Source of the DNA: an uncultured Gammaproteobacteria bacterium
Lineage (GTDB): Bacteria > Patescibacteriota > Microgenomatia > UBA10105 > UBA927
Direction: 5' to 3'
Assembly (NCBI GenBank): GCA_964621305.1
Contig: CAZUOM010000005.1
Location: forward strand, 18,647 to 82,646
Length of the DNA: 64,000 nt
In this document: one piece after another, positions 42,001 through 49,822 of the stretch
Layout: the number at the start of each line of letters is the position of its first letter
How positions within the stretch are numbered: the stretch's first letter is position 1
The notes under the pieces: generated by a model
Database searches by the model: none
Told to the model about the DNA's origin: nothing
The model's input: only the letters and a program-made list of their open reading frames with translations
Position numbers and translations under genes: made by a program

Positions 42001-42280
42001 TGGCAAGTAAAACCAGGTGAAAGGGGTCAACGTCGACTTTGGCCTCTTTATCAAAGCGCGATCTTTTGGCTACATAAGTCTCAACGCCAATAATCGGCTT
42101 GATGCCTGCTGCTTTTGCCTTAAGGTAAAACTTAAAACTCCCGTACATCGCCCCGTGGTCGGTTAAAGCCAATGCATCCATCCCAAAGCTCTTTGCCCGC
42201 TCAATAAGGTGATCCAGCTTCCCCAACCCATCCAGAAGCGAGTACTCGCTATGAACATGAAGATGCACAAAATCGGACAT
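39053..42280 (-). CDS. dnaE: DNA polymerase III alpha subunit
   Basis: [50 protein letters not shown]-terminal OB fold. Confidence 0.98.
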   Translation of the reverse strand: MSDFVHLHVHSEYSLLDGLGKLDHLIERAKSFGMDALALTDHGAMYGSFKFYLKAKAAGIKPIIGVETYVAKRSRFDKEAKVDVDPFHLVLLAKNENGYKNLMKLVTHAHLEGYYYKPRIDWELLQKYHDDLICLSACLNGQVPSLLRNNQDEEAQTVAKQYAELFGPQHYYLELQKHPKIPDCDMVNEKLVVLAKKLGLPIVATNDIHYVDPDDAEAQEILLCVQTQHTIIEKNRPLSMIDSPDFYMRSPEEMRGLFIQYPDAIENTKRIADMCDIKLAIGNWILPHFPLPKGEDSPAEYLEKLVWERSPQRYGDITQAIKERITYELDIIKTKGYATYFLIVADFVNWARSRGIAVGPGRGSAAGSVVSYSLGITGIDPFYFKLPFERFLNPQRPSPPDIDLDFADDRRDEVIAYVTARYGDDKVAQIVTFGTMEARGSVRDAGRALGMLYAAPDRIAKMIPPGYQGAPMTIDKALEQSPDLASAYKNEPETKKLLDVARKLEGVARHASVHAAGVVIADKPLVEYTPLQKETRGEKIVTQYDMYTVGEDGVGLLKMDFLGLRNLTILSQALKFIKVVHKTEIDLSKIALDDKKTFELLSLGETTGIFQLESTGMRRYVKELKPTTVFDLMAMVALFRPGPMQVIPEFIRRKHDPKHITYPDPRLKDVLKQSYGIICYQDDVLLTAITLAGYSWGDADKLRKAVGKKIPSEMKKQKEKFIEGCVKNGINKTKAEEIFHLIEPFAGYGFNKAHAACYAMIAYQTAYLKANFPVEYMTAVLTAESRGTTGPARDEKIARAVEECRRIGIVLLPPDVNASNVEFTIEGGKIRFGLSAIKNVGTAAIESILSAHSAGGSFKSLTDFIRRVDLSKVNRKTLESLIKAGAMDVFGSRAQLLEALLVILEEAHRVRKAVAWGQVGLFDTDENGSDQLVDALPAVAELPKQVLLSYEKELLGYYLTEHPLATVLTRISVDSATPIVSLADVNQDSVGSRVTVCGMVTNVKKILTKAGNSEMAFVRIEDLGGVIELVVFPKIFAKTSDLWSRDAIVLVSGRVDEKDDRLTILVDDAKRIESD
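42207..42280 (-). repeat. dnaE 5' end direct repeat, functional copy
   Basis: Encodes the same first 25 aa as 43027-43101. Confidence 0.9.
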
Positions 42281-42288
42281 GAGGGAAT

Positions 42289-42675
42289 TTATGTTAGCTT
42301 TTCAATCTTTTCCTTTATTAGTCGAGCACTGCCAAATGCTTCGCTGATTTCTGCCTTGCTATATTGAGGTATATCAGGCGGATATCTAGATTCAATATAG
42401 AAACCGGTCAAAAGTTCGCATGCATCTCTAAGCTCTTCAAGAACTGCGTTTATTCTTACACATTCATTTAATAATAATGGTAATTCATGCACCCGAGGCG
42501 GTTCAACGCCGTGAAACACAAGGAATCCCTTTAAGAATTTTTCGGCGACCTGCTGGGAAAGAAAACATATTTGTGGATATATTTGTTCCTCTTTTAGTCC
42601 AACCTCCGCATAACGGTAATCAGAAATCGCGGAATCAAACCATTCTTTTGCTAATTTTTTTTTATGATCGTCCAT
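42289..42675 (-). CDS. HEPN domain protein
   Basis: W...A..D, CFLSQQVAEKFLKG, HEL, YIESRYP; paired with MNT. Confidence 0.9.
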   Translation of the reverse strand: MDDHKKKLAKEWFDSAISDYRYAEVGLKEEQIYPQICFLSQQVAEKFLKGFLVFHGVEPPRVHELPLLLNECVRINAVLEELRDACELLTGFYIESRYPPDIPQYSKAEISEAFGSARLIKEKIEKLT

Positions 42676-42988
42676 AGAGCATAGTCCCTTCGGATAGTAT
42701 TCGGATAATAAAATAGTCGCCTAATGATATTCTTTTTTCTAATTCATCAGGAGTATACACGAGAGCATCCAGTGGATACCTGCGCTCCATCCCCCGAAGC
42801 GATGCGAACACTTCTTTAGTACGAAATGGTCTTCTCTTGTCGCTCTTTTTAATAATTAAAAGATCGATATCAGAATCATTGTGAATTTCTCCTCGAGCAA
42901 GGGAACCAAAAAGAATTACCTTATCCGGTTTATAACTATCGACGATCTTTTGAACCAATTGTTTCGCCTCCTCTTGAATATCATTCAT
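42662..42988 (-). CDS. Minimal nucleotidyltransferase (MNT) of an MNT-HEPN pair
   Basis: [22 protein letters not shown] (GSx10DxD), [10 protein letters not shown]. Confidence 0.92.
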   Translation of the reverse strand: MNDIQEEAKQLVQKIVDSYKPDKVILFGSLARGEIHNDSDIDLLIIKKSDKRRPFRTKEVFASLRGMERRYPLDALVYTPDELEKRISLGDYFIIRILSEGTMLYGRS

Positions 42989-43101
42989 AACAGTTCAATT
43001 GTAATTATTAGTCTTGAGGAAAACAACAGGTGATCCAGCTTCCCCAAGCCATCAAGAAGCGAGTACTCGCTATGAACATGAAGATGAACGAAGTCTGACA
43101 T
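42985..43101 (-). pseudogene. Orphan duplicate of the dnaE 5' end (38-aa ORF) ending on the MNT start codon
   Basis: [38 protein letters not shown]; TGA overlaps MNT ATG (ATGA). Confidence 0.85.
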
Positions 43102-43108
43102 AGTTTTT

Positions 43109-43930
43109 CTAGCGAGACGTATTTCTAGGCATCATTTCAAGGTCGGGTTTCCAAGAAGTAAGTTTTACCCGAGTGTCTTTTTGCGCTTTAGAATGAGACA
43201 TTGCTATTTCCGCTTGGTTAAATAGTTCGTTTGTTTTAATCGGTTCGTCTGGCCCGTCATAAAAGCTTATTCCAACACTTAACCCAATCTCTCTCATCCC
43301 TGGTACCTGATCAAAACTCTCCATTGCTTTTTCGATTCTTTGAATAAATTGATAAATAGTAATAGGTTTTGGGACATTTAATAGCGTTATTCCAAATTCG
43401 TCTCCAGAAAATCTACCTACTACATCATAGGGTCGTTTAGCAGCGTCGAATATATTTCCCATAGTTTTAATTACTTCGTCCCCCGCCTCGTGGCCCAAAA
43501 CGTCATTTACTTTAGTTTTGAAATGATCAAAATCAATATATAGGAAATAGACATTGCCGCCTTGTCTTTTTGCAAGATTAATCATACGCTGAGTAGATCT
43601 TGCCATCGATTCCTTATTTGGCAGACCAGTTAAAGGATCTTTACCAGATTTTATTTTTTCTCTCATTGAATCCCCAACATTGTGCCGCAATTGACTCACA
43701 ATCGAATTGATAGACTGTTTCACATGGACTCGAGCAAGAACGCCCGGCAAAAGATCGTTCCATTTCGCACGGTATGCCTCAAGCAGCATGTGATGGTAAG
43801 GGTCTTCTAATTCACCATGTATCGAATAAGTCAACTGTTCGCGGAGCCGTTTCTGCATGTCATTTGGTATTCTTCTAAAATCTGCTCTAGCAAAAATTAT
43901 TTTATCATCGCCTGTTATTTCTGCTGACAT
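43109..43930 (-). CDS. GGDEF-domain protein (diguanylate cyclase-like, SGDEF variant)
   Basis: [31 protein letters not shown]-site, RFSGDEF, SVGIS. Confidence 0.9.
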   Translation of the reverse strand: MSAEITGDDKIIFARADFRRIPNDMQKRLREQLTYSIHGELEDPYHHMLLEAYRAKWNDLLPGVLARVHVKQSINSIVSQLRHNVGDSMREKIKSGKDPLTGLPNKESMARSTQRMINLAKRQGGNVYFLYIDFDHFKTKVNDVLGHEAGDEVIKTMGNIFDAAKRPYDVVGRFSGDEFGITLLNVPKPITIYQFIQRIEKAMESFDQVPGMREIGLSVGISFYDGPDEPIKTNELFNQAEIAMSHSKAQKDTRVKLTSWKPDLEMMPRNTSR

Positions 43931-43934
43931 AGTG

Positions 43935-45239
43935 TCATAAAAGAAAATTTTTTAACTTCTTCAAGGACAATTCTGCTTGCGCCGTCGGAAGAAGTTTTTT
44001 TATTTGACCAACCAGGAAAAACATCGCCTGCTGTTTTCCCTTTTTATAATCTTCTACCGCTTTTGGATTTTCGGAAAGGACTTGTTTGATAATTTTTTCC
44101 AGTTTCTCATCTGAGACACTCGACCCGGCACCAGATTGTTGAGCAATTTGCGCAAGCAACTCTTCTGGCGAAACCGTCGCTATATCTATTTTTTTATTTA
44201 TTATCCAATTCGCAATTGTTTTCGGGCTTGTTTTTTTGTTAATGGCGGCTTTTTCAAAGTAATCTGCACGCTCTCGCGTCTCCGTAAGAAGAGCCGCATC
44301 ATATTGACTTAGGTTATATTGCTTCATAAACCGCTCTTCTTTTGCCTCCGGCAATTCTCCAATTTGGGATTTGAGATTTGTGATTTGGGATTTCTCCCAT
44401 GTTATGGGAGGGATGTCCGGTTCAGGAAAATACCGGTAGTCATGGGCTTCTTCTTTCTCCCGTTGAGCCTGCGTAATTCCTTTGGATTCGACAAACCCCC
44501 GCGTCTGCTGCGTCGGCCTTTCGCCGCGTTCCAACATCTCAGTCTGGCGTTCAACCTCAAATTCAATCGCTTTTCTTGCAAATTTAAACGAGTTAATGTT
44601 TTTGATTTCCACTCTGTAATTTGGATATTGGATATTGGTAGTATCGGATATTGGTAGTATTGAGACACTGGGCTCGATTCGCATGCTACCCTTCTCCATA
44701 TCTGCATCGGAAATACCCAGATACCGAATGATTCTCTGGAGTTTTTTGAGAAATATATGAACGTCTTCCGATGAACGGAAATCCGGCTCGGTAACAATCT
44801 CAACCAACGGTACGCCGCTTCGGTTAAAATCAATCAAGCTTACTCGCTCGCCGTTTACTCCTGCATGCTGCAGCTTCCCGGTGTCTTCCTCCAAATGTAC
44901 CCGCCTAATGCGTATGTTATTAAACGATCCGTTAACGCAAAACGGAGCGTCATATTGAGATATTTGATAGCCTTTTGGAAGATCAGGATAAAAATAGTGC
45001 TTGCGGTCAAATTTACTCTCTAATGGGATTTTGCAATCCAGAGCCAAGCCAAGAAGGACAGTCCATTCAACTGCTTTCCTGTTAGGTACAGGCAAAGATC
45101 CCGGCAATCCCAGACAGACTGGGCACGTAATCGTATTTGGCTCTCTGCCAAAATGATCCGCCGGGCAGCCGCAAAACATTTTGCTTTTTGTCGCAAGCTC
45201 CACATGGACCTCAAGGCCGATAATTGGTTGGTATGTCAT
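43935..45239 (-). CDS. gatB: Asp/Glu-tRNA amidotransferase subunit B
   Basis: IGLEVH, FDRKHYFYPDLPKGYQISQ, HLEEDTGK, NRSGVPLVEIVTEPD, DYRYFPEPD. Confidence 0.96.
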   Translation of the reverse strand: MTYQPIIGLEVHVELATKSKMFCGCPADHFGREPNTITCPVCLGLPGSLPVPNRKAVEWTVLLGLALDCKIPLESKFDRKHYFYPDLPKGYQISQYDAPFCVNGSFNNIRIRRVHLEEDTGKLQHAGVNGERVSLIDFNRSGVPLVEIVTEPDFRSSEDVHIFLKKLQRIIRYLGISDADMEKGSMRIEPSVSILPISDTTNIQYPNYRVEIKNINSFKFARKAIEFEVERQTEMLERGERPTQQTRGFVESKGITQAQREKEEAHDYRYFPEPDIPPITWEKSQITNLKSQIGELPEAKEERFMKQYNLSQYDAALLTETRERADYFEKAAINKKTSPKTIANWIINKKIDIATVSPEELLAQIAQQSGAGSSVSDEKLEKIIKQVLSENPKAVEDYKKGKQQAMFFLVGQIKKLLPTAQAELSLKKLKNFLL

Positions 45240-46648
45240 AATGTTGGCCGTCTTGTATTCCACTGGGTCGCTGCTTCATAAACAGAACCCACTTGAAACA
45301 GTCGTTCTTCGGAAAATTGGGGCCCGATCAGCTGCATCCCGACCGGCAACTCTCCGGCAAATCCGCACGGAATATTAAGAGCCGGAACGCCTGCCAGATT
45401 GACCGGACACACAAAAATATCGGAAAGGTACATGGCAAGCGGATCGTTGGTTTTCTCCCCGATACGAAACGGCACTGTGGACGATGAAGGGGCGACAATT
45501 ATGTCAACTTTTTTAAAAGCTTCATCAAAGTCTTTTTTGATAAGCGTCCGGACTTTTGCAGCTTTTTTGTAGTACGCCTCATAATATCCTTGAGAAAGAG
45601 CAAACGTCCCCAGCATAATCCGTCGTTTTGCTTCTGCCCCCAACATTGATCGTTTGTGCCCGTAGCGGATGCCGTCAAAGCGGGAAAGGTTGGAGCTGAC
45701 CTCCGACGGGACGAGAATGTAGTAGCAAGCCATCGCATAGTCGGTATGCGGCAATGAAATCTCCACAGTCCGTGCTCCCAACTCCTCCAATTTCCGTATC
45801 GCATCCTCTGTGAGGTGCCGGACATCTGACTGCATACCGGGTAAAGACAGATACTCTTTTGGTACGCCGATGACAAAATCTCGCATGTTTTTGCCCAGAG
45901 CGTTCGTATAGCGGGCAACGGAAACAGCGGGCGTCGTTGCATCATGCACGTCTTTACCCGCAGTAATTTCGTAAAGCAGCGCGCAGTCTGCAACCGTTTT
46001 GGTCATGTGGCCAATTGTGTCAAAAGACGACGCCATAGCTATGATGCCGTAGCGTGATACTCGTCCGTATGTAGGTTTTATGCCAACAAGATTGCAAAAT
46101 GCGGCCGGTAGTCTCACAGAGCTCCCCGTATCAGTCCCGGTTGCCGCAAGACACATGCCAGCTGCTACAGCAGCCGCCGAACCGGAGCTAGATCCACCCG
46201 GTACGCGACTTAAGTCATAAGGATTCTTTGTCGGTCCAAAATCGGAATTTTCCCCGGACGATCCATGCCCCCACGCATCTTCATTTGTTTTCCCGATGAT
46301 GATAGCTCCCGCCTCCTTTAACCGTTCCACGGCTGTCGAGTCAAACGGCGGCAAATAATTATCAATAATTTTTGCTCCGGCAGTTGTTCGTAAATCTTCT
46401 GTCGTAAATAGATCTTTACATGCAATCGGTATTCCCAGAAGCGGCTTCTTTGTCCCACTGGCTCTCTGTTTATCGGCACTGTCCGCTTGATCCATGACCT
46501 CATCACGGTTGACTGTAAGGAAAGCGTGAACTCTGGAATCTACAGTCTCTATTCTGTTAAGGCACGCGCCAACGAGCTCGCGGCACGAGTACTCCTTCTT
46601 TCCCAATGATTCAAGTGCCGACCGTATCGCCACGTTCTTAATATCCAT
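45236..46648 (-). CDS. gatA: Asp/Glu-tRNA amidotransferase subunit A
   Basis: Amidase signature GGSSSGSAAAV, GTDTGSSVRLPA, KPTYGRVSRYG. Confidence 0.96.
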   Translation of the reverse strand: MDIKNVAIRSALESLGKKEYSCRELVGACLNRIETVDSRVHAFLTVNRDEVMDQADSADKQRASGTKKPLLGIPIACKDLFTTEDLRTTAGAKIIDNYLPPFDSTAVERLKEAGAIIIGKTNEDAWGHGSSGENSDFGPTKNPYDLSRVPGGSSSGSAAAVAAGMCLAATGTDTGSSVRLPAAFCNLVGIKPTYGRVSRYGIIAMASSFDTIGHMTKTVADCALLYEITAGKDVHDATTPAVSVARYTNALGKNMRDFVIGVPKEYLSLPGMQSDVRHLTEDAIRKLEELGARTVEISLPHTDYAMACYYILVPSEVSSNLSRFDGIRYGHKRSMLGAEAKRRIMLGTFALSQGYYEAYYKKAAKVRTLIKKDFDEAFKKVDIIVAPSSSTVPFRIGEKTNDPLAMYLSDIFVCPVNLAGVPALNIPCGFAGELPVGMQLIGPQFSEERLFQVGSVYEAATQWNTRRPTL

Positions 46649-46666
46649 AGAATACCTGTAAACTAG

Positions 46667-46698
46667 GTTGTTTTTCCTCCGACCGGAGAAAAAACAAC
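46667..46698. repeat. Intergenic hairpin between gatC and gatA
   Basis: GTTGTTTTTCCTCC-GACC-GGAGAAAAAACAAC, 14-bp arms with one mismatch. Confidence 0.65.
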
Positions 46699-46699
46699 G

Positions 46700-47008
46700 T
46701 CATTCAAAAGCTCCTATAATTTTGACTTTCACAAAACCGCTATATGATGCGGGGGCATTCTTGAGCGCCTCTTTTTGTGAAAGCATTCTCGAGGTATCAA
46801 CCTCGTCCTCACGGAAAACATTCGTTAATCCTGTTACCTGGGCTGTGGGCTCGACGCTCGTCGTGTCGCACTCATTTAGTTTTGTGACGTACGTTAATAC
46901 TGACGAAAGTTGTGTTGTAAAAAGTTTTTTCTCTTCATCAGTCAGCCTGAGCATTGCAAGTTTTTCCACTCGATCGATATCAATGACCGGCGTTTGTTTT
47001 TTTAACAT
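46700..47008 (-). CDS. gatC: Asp/Glu-tRNA amidotransferase subunit C
   Basis: LAMLRL...DTTSVEPT...NVFRED...LKNAP; upstream of gatA. Confidence 0.93.
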   Translation of the reverse strand: MLKKQTPVIDIDRVEKLAMLRLTDEEKKLFTTQLSSVLTYVTKLNECDTTSVEPTAQVTGLTNVFREDEVDTSRMLSQKEALKNAPASYSGFVKVKIIGAFE

Positions 47009-47112
47009 ATGCAGTGATTATAGATGAGTAATGGAAACTACGAAAGAAGACTTTTTATCTATAGCCTGTAATATTTGACTTGAAATCTATTTATGGTAAA
47101 CTTCTTATTCTT

Positions 47113-47430
47113 ATGTCAGAAATGGATCGCGACATATCTGTTCATCCTTATCTTAGGAATATCTATCCTTATCTTGATGCATATATTCCAGAGGGTGGGG
47201 CATCTGACACAGCTACAGGTGTCTGCATGCTGAAACAGGCTGTAGATTTAGCTATAGAAGGAACAAGCTTAACGGGAAACTGTTTGAATGGAAATCTTCT
47301 TGTAAAGAATGACGTAGCGATACAATTTAGGCAAGCCGCATATGCATCATGCACTAAATGTCCTATAAATGAAAAATATGCACACCGTGTCGAAGTTTCA
47401 CCGACGCTTCGATCATTAATGGATGAATAA
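47113..47430 (+). CDS. Hypothetical Cys-containing orphan protein
   Basis: AT-rich ORF opposite to flanking operons; TTGACT-16-TAAACT upstream of ATG 47113; CTKC motif. Confidence 0.55.
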   Translation: MSEMDRDISVHPYLRNIYPYLDAYIPEGGASDTATGVCMLKQAVDLAIEGTSLTGNCLNGNLLVKNDVAIQFRQAAYASCTKCPINEKYAHRVEVSPTLRSLMDE

Positions 47431-47455
47431 AAAATTCAAGGAACTTCCTCGTATC

Positions 47456-48229
47456 TCATCGACGCACTAATACAAATTGGTGAGCCTGCCACTCAAGCGC
47501 ATCGTCAAGGGGCTGTAAGTCGATTTTTTTCTGATACTTCAATTCAAGCGCTTTACCAATCAGCCAGTCGGCGAGGTGAGGGTTTTTCGGGAGTAGCGGC
47601 CCGTGGAAGTAGCTGCCGATGGCGTTTTTATAAACCGCCCCTTCATATCCATCCTCTCCATTGTTTCCATATCCTTTAATCACTCTCGCGAGCGGTTTCA
47701 TCTTAGCCCCTAAATACGTCCTCCCACCGTGGTTTTCAAAACCTACTATTTTCCTGTTTTCCCATGAACCATGAGCCATGAGCCATGAACTCAGCTCAGC
47801 AACCACATTCCCAATCAACCTCTTCTTCTGATCTCCCGGGTGCTCGGTGTACAGGTCAAAAATACCTGCTCCGGGTATCTTTGCGCCTTGGTAGGGTTTG
47901 TAATAATGGCCGACGAACTGGTAGGCCGCACAGACAAATAGCGCCGGAATTCCTTTTTCGACCATTTTTTTGACTGTTTCTGATTTTTTGCCCAAAAAAT
48001 CCTCTGCGACAATCTTCTGCTGCCGATCCTGCGCCCCACCCATAAAGAGAAGATCGCAACGCTCGAGAGTCGGGTATCGAGTTTCGAGAGTGATGCGTTC
48101 AGCTCTTAGCTCAATGCCTCTCCACACGCACCGCTTCGTCAAACAAATAATATTCCCACGATCACCATATGTCGACATTAGGTCGGGATATAACCACCCT
48201 ATGGTAATGCTCTGTTTCATCTTTTTCAT
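47456..48229 (-). CDS. gatD: Lipid II isoglutaminyl synthase glutaminase subunit (CobQ-like GATase)
   Basis: LYPDLMSTYGDRGN, GGAQD, VCAAYQ, GFENHGG, YFHGPLLPKNP. Confidence 0.92.
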   Translation of the reverse strand: MKKMKQSITIGWLYPDLMSTYGDRGNIICLTKRCVWRGIELRAERITLETRYPTLERCDLLFMGGAQDRQQKIVAEDFLGKKSETVKKMVEKGIPALFVCAAYQFVGHYYKPYQGAKIPGAGIFDLYTEHPGDQKKRLIGNVVAELSSWLMAHGSWENRKIVGFENHGGRTYLGAKMKPLARVIKGYGNNGEDGYEGAVYKNAIGSYFHGPLLPKNPHLADWLIGKALELKYQKKIDLQPLDDALEWQAHQFVLVRR

Positions 48230-48230
48230 G

Positions 48231-48268
48231 ACCTAGCAGTGAAAAGCGGCCGCTTGTTACTACTAGGT
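48231..48268. repeat. 38-bp palindrome (REP-like), copy 1
   Basis: ACCTAGCAGTGAAAAGCGGCCGCTTGTTACTACTAGGT; inverted copy at 56658-56695 with 2 differences. Confidence 0.88.
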
Positions 48269-48287
48269 TTTAAAGGATCTTAGACTT

Positions 48288-49796
48288 TTACAATATTCTC
48301 CTGCCTGTTAGTAGTTTACGCACTTCCAACATAGCTGAATACGTAGGCAATATGTAAAGAGTTTCTGATTTTGGAGTTTGTCTTAGACACCGGTTTATTG
48401 CTTTCTTTAAGTCTTCTTCAATTTGAAATTTGAAATTTGAAATTTGAAATTTTGAGGGATTTGAGTATTTTATTCTCAATCCCATATCCCAACATCGATC
48501 TCCCGATATTACCATTATCGTTTTTTCCGCGATCATCTCAAAATCCACATCCCAGATCCAGCTAACGTCTCGCCCATCCGGAATACGATCGTTGAGGACA
48601 AACAAAATATTTTTAGCGCCCAGTTGGAGAACTGTTCGTAACGATTCATTAAATCCGGCAGGATTTTTTGAGAGAAATATCTTCACCTTTCGACCATCAA
48701 TCTCAAATTCTTCCTGGCGGCCAAAGGCAGGAGAAAAGCCCCTAAGCGCATGCTTAATTTTCTGATCGGCAATGCCTAATGACTTTGCTGTCGCGACAGT
48801 CGCAAGGGTATTGTAACGATTATAGAAGCCTGGCAATGGATACTCCCACGTCGAAATATCCGGTTTTGGTCGTATGTTTTTACACCTGGCGCAGCGCCAG
48901 TCGCCTATGTGAGAATAATAAACGCCCTTGTACGTTAACCGTGTACCGCATCGCGGACAAAACGTTGAATCAGTTGCATGCTCGAGCTTTTCGACAAACT
49001 GCGCCGGATCATCGAGACCAAAGAATATGACCCTTTTTGTCATCGCGATCCGCCAGCTGGCGGAGTGGCGATCTCGGACTTGATTTGAGATTGCTTCGCC
49101 ATGAGAATGGTCTCGCAATGACAAAGGCCGTGCTATCTCAGCAATCTGCGGATCATCGGCATTGGCAATTACCTGAATACTAGGGCCGAGCCTCGAGCGA
49201 TCCCGAGTCTTTGCGAGGGAGAAGCGATCGGCTCGTCCTGAGGAGTCCTGAGCTTGCGAGGGACGACGAAGGGCTCTCTCCCATTTCTCCGCGATCACAT
49301 CCACCTCTCCATACCGATCCAACTGATCCCGAAAAAGATTAAGTAAGACAACAACAACTTTTTGTTTGTTGTCATTGCGAGGAGTCTTCGACGAAGCAAT
49401 CTTCTGTTTAATTGAGATCGCTTCGCCGTCAGAACGGTCTCGCGATGACAAGTTAGCCAGTACTCCCGGAAGGGAGTTTTCGTCTACCTCAAACACTCCC
49501 CATTCCCCCGGCGGACTCGTAATGATGGCAGAAACGATACCGTTAAGAAGGTTTGCGCCGCTTGAATTGTGAACGACACTTTGTCCGTCTTTCTCAAGAA
49601 TTGTTTTTATCATGAAAGCTGTCGTTGTTTTTCCGTTTGTTCCGGCAACCAAGATGATATTTTTAGGTGTTATTTTAGATAAAATATCGGGGTCAATCCG
49701 CAACGCAATTTCCCCCGGCCAAGTTGCTCCAGCGCCGAGGTTGAGTAGTTTAATTAGCAATGAAACAATTTTTCCGAGAAAGACGGGAAAAATCAT
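48288..49796 (-). CDS. murT: Lipid II isoglutaminyl synthase Mur-ligase subunit, with in-frame repeat insertions
   Basis: GTNGKTTT, GANL, EVDE, NLFRDQLDRYGE, CPRC...CARC zinc finger, KNPAG, DGRDVSWIWD. Confidence 0.93.
   Translation of the reverse strand: MIFPVFLGKIVSLLIKLLNLGAGATWPGEIALRIDPDILSKITPKNIILVAGTNGKTTTAFMIKTILEKDGQSVVHNSSGANLLNGIVSAIITSPPGEWGVFEVDENSLPGVLANLSSRDRSDGEAISIKQKIASSKTPRNDNKQKVVVVLLNLFRDQLDRYGEVDVIAEKWERALRRPSQAQDSSGRADRFSLAKTRDRSRLGPSIQVIANADDPQIAEIARPLSLRDHSHGEAISNQVRDRHSASWRIAMTKRVIFFGLDDPAQFVEKLEHATDSTFCPRCGTRLTYKGVYYSHIGDWRCARCKNIRPKPDISTWEYPLPGFYNRYNTLATVATAKSLGIADQKIKHALRGFSPAFGRQEEFEIDGRKVKIFLSKNPAGFNESLRTVLQLGAKNILFVLNDRIPDGRDVSWIWDVDFEMIAEKTIMVISGDRCWDMGLRIKYSNPSKFQISNFKFQIEEDLKKAINRCLRQTPKSETLYILPTYSAMLEVRKLLTGRRIL
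48420..48455. repeat. Heptamer tandem array in murT
   Basis: AATTTGA x4 plus AATTTTGA; encodes SKFQISNFKFQI. Confidence 0.85.
49038..49123. repeat. TGTCAT-GCGA composite palindrome in frame in murT
   Basis: TGTCATCGCGA...GCGATCTC-spacer-GAGATTGC...TCGCAATGACA with internal CCGCCAGCTGGCGG. Confidence 0.85.
49183..49274. repeat. Nested GC-rich palindromic element in frame in murT
   Basis: Minus strand CCCTTCGTCGTCCCTCGCAAGCTCAGGACTCCTCAGGAC...GATCGCTTCTCCCTCGCAAAGACTCGGGATCGCTC; boundaries approximate. Confidence 0.65.
49370..49450. repeat. TGTCAT-GCGA composite palindrome in frame in murT
   Basis: TGTCATTGCGAG...GAAGCAATCT-spacer-AGATCGCTTC...CTCGCGATGACA; 81 bp = 27 codons. Confidence 0.88.
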
Positions 49797-49822
49797 GAGA
49801 AAGGCCTCTGAGTGGGATTATC

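Noticed and set aside
43010-43030. GTTGTTTTCCTC at the dnaE-duplicate junction resembling an arm of the 46667-46698 hairpin
   Set aside because: Match is short and low-complexity; cannot be distinguished from chance
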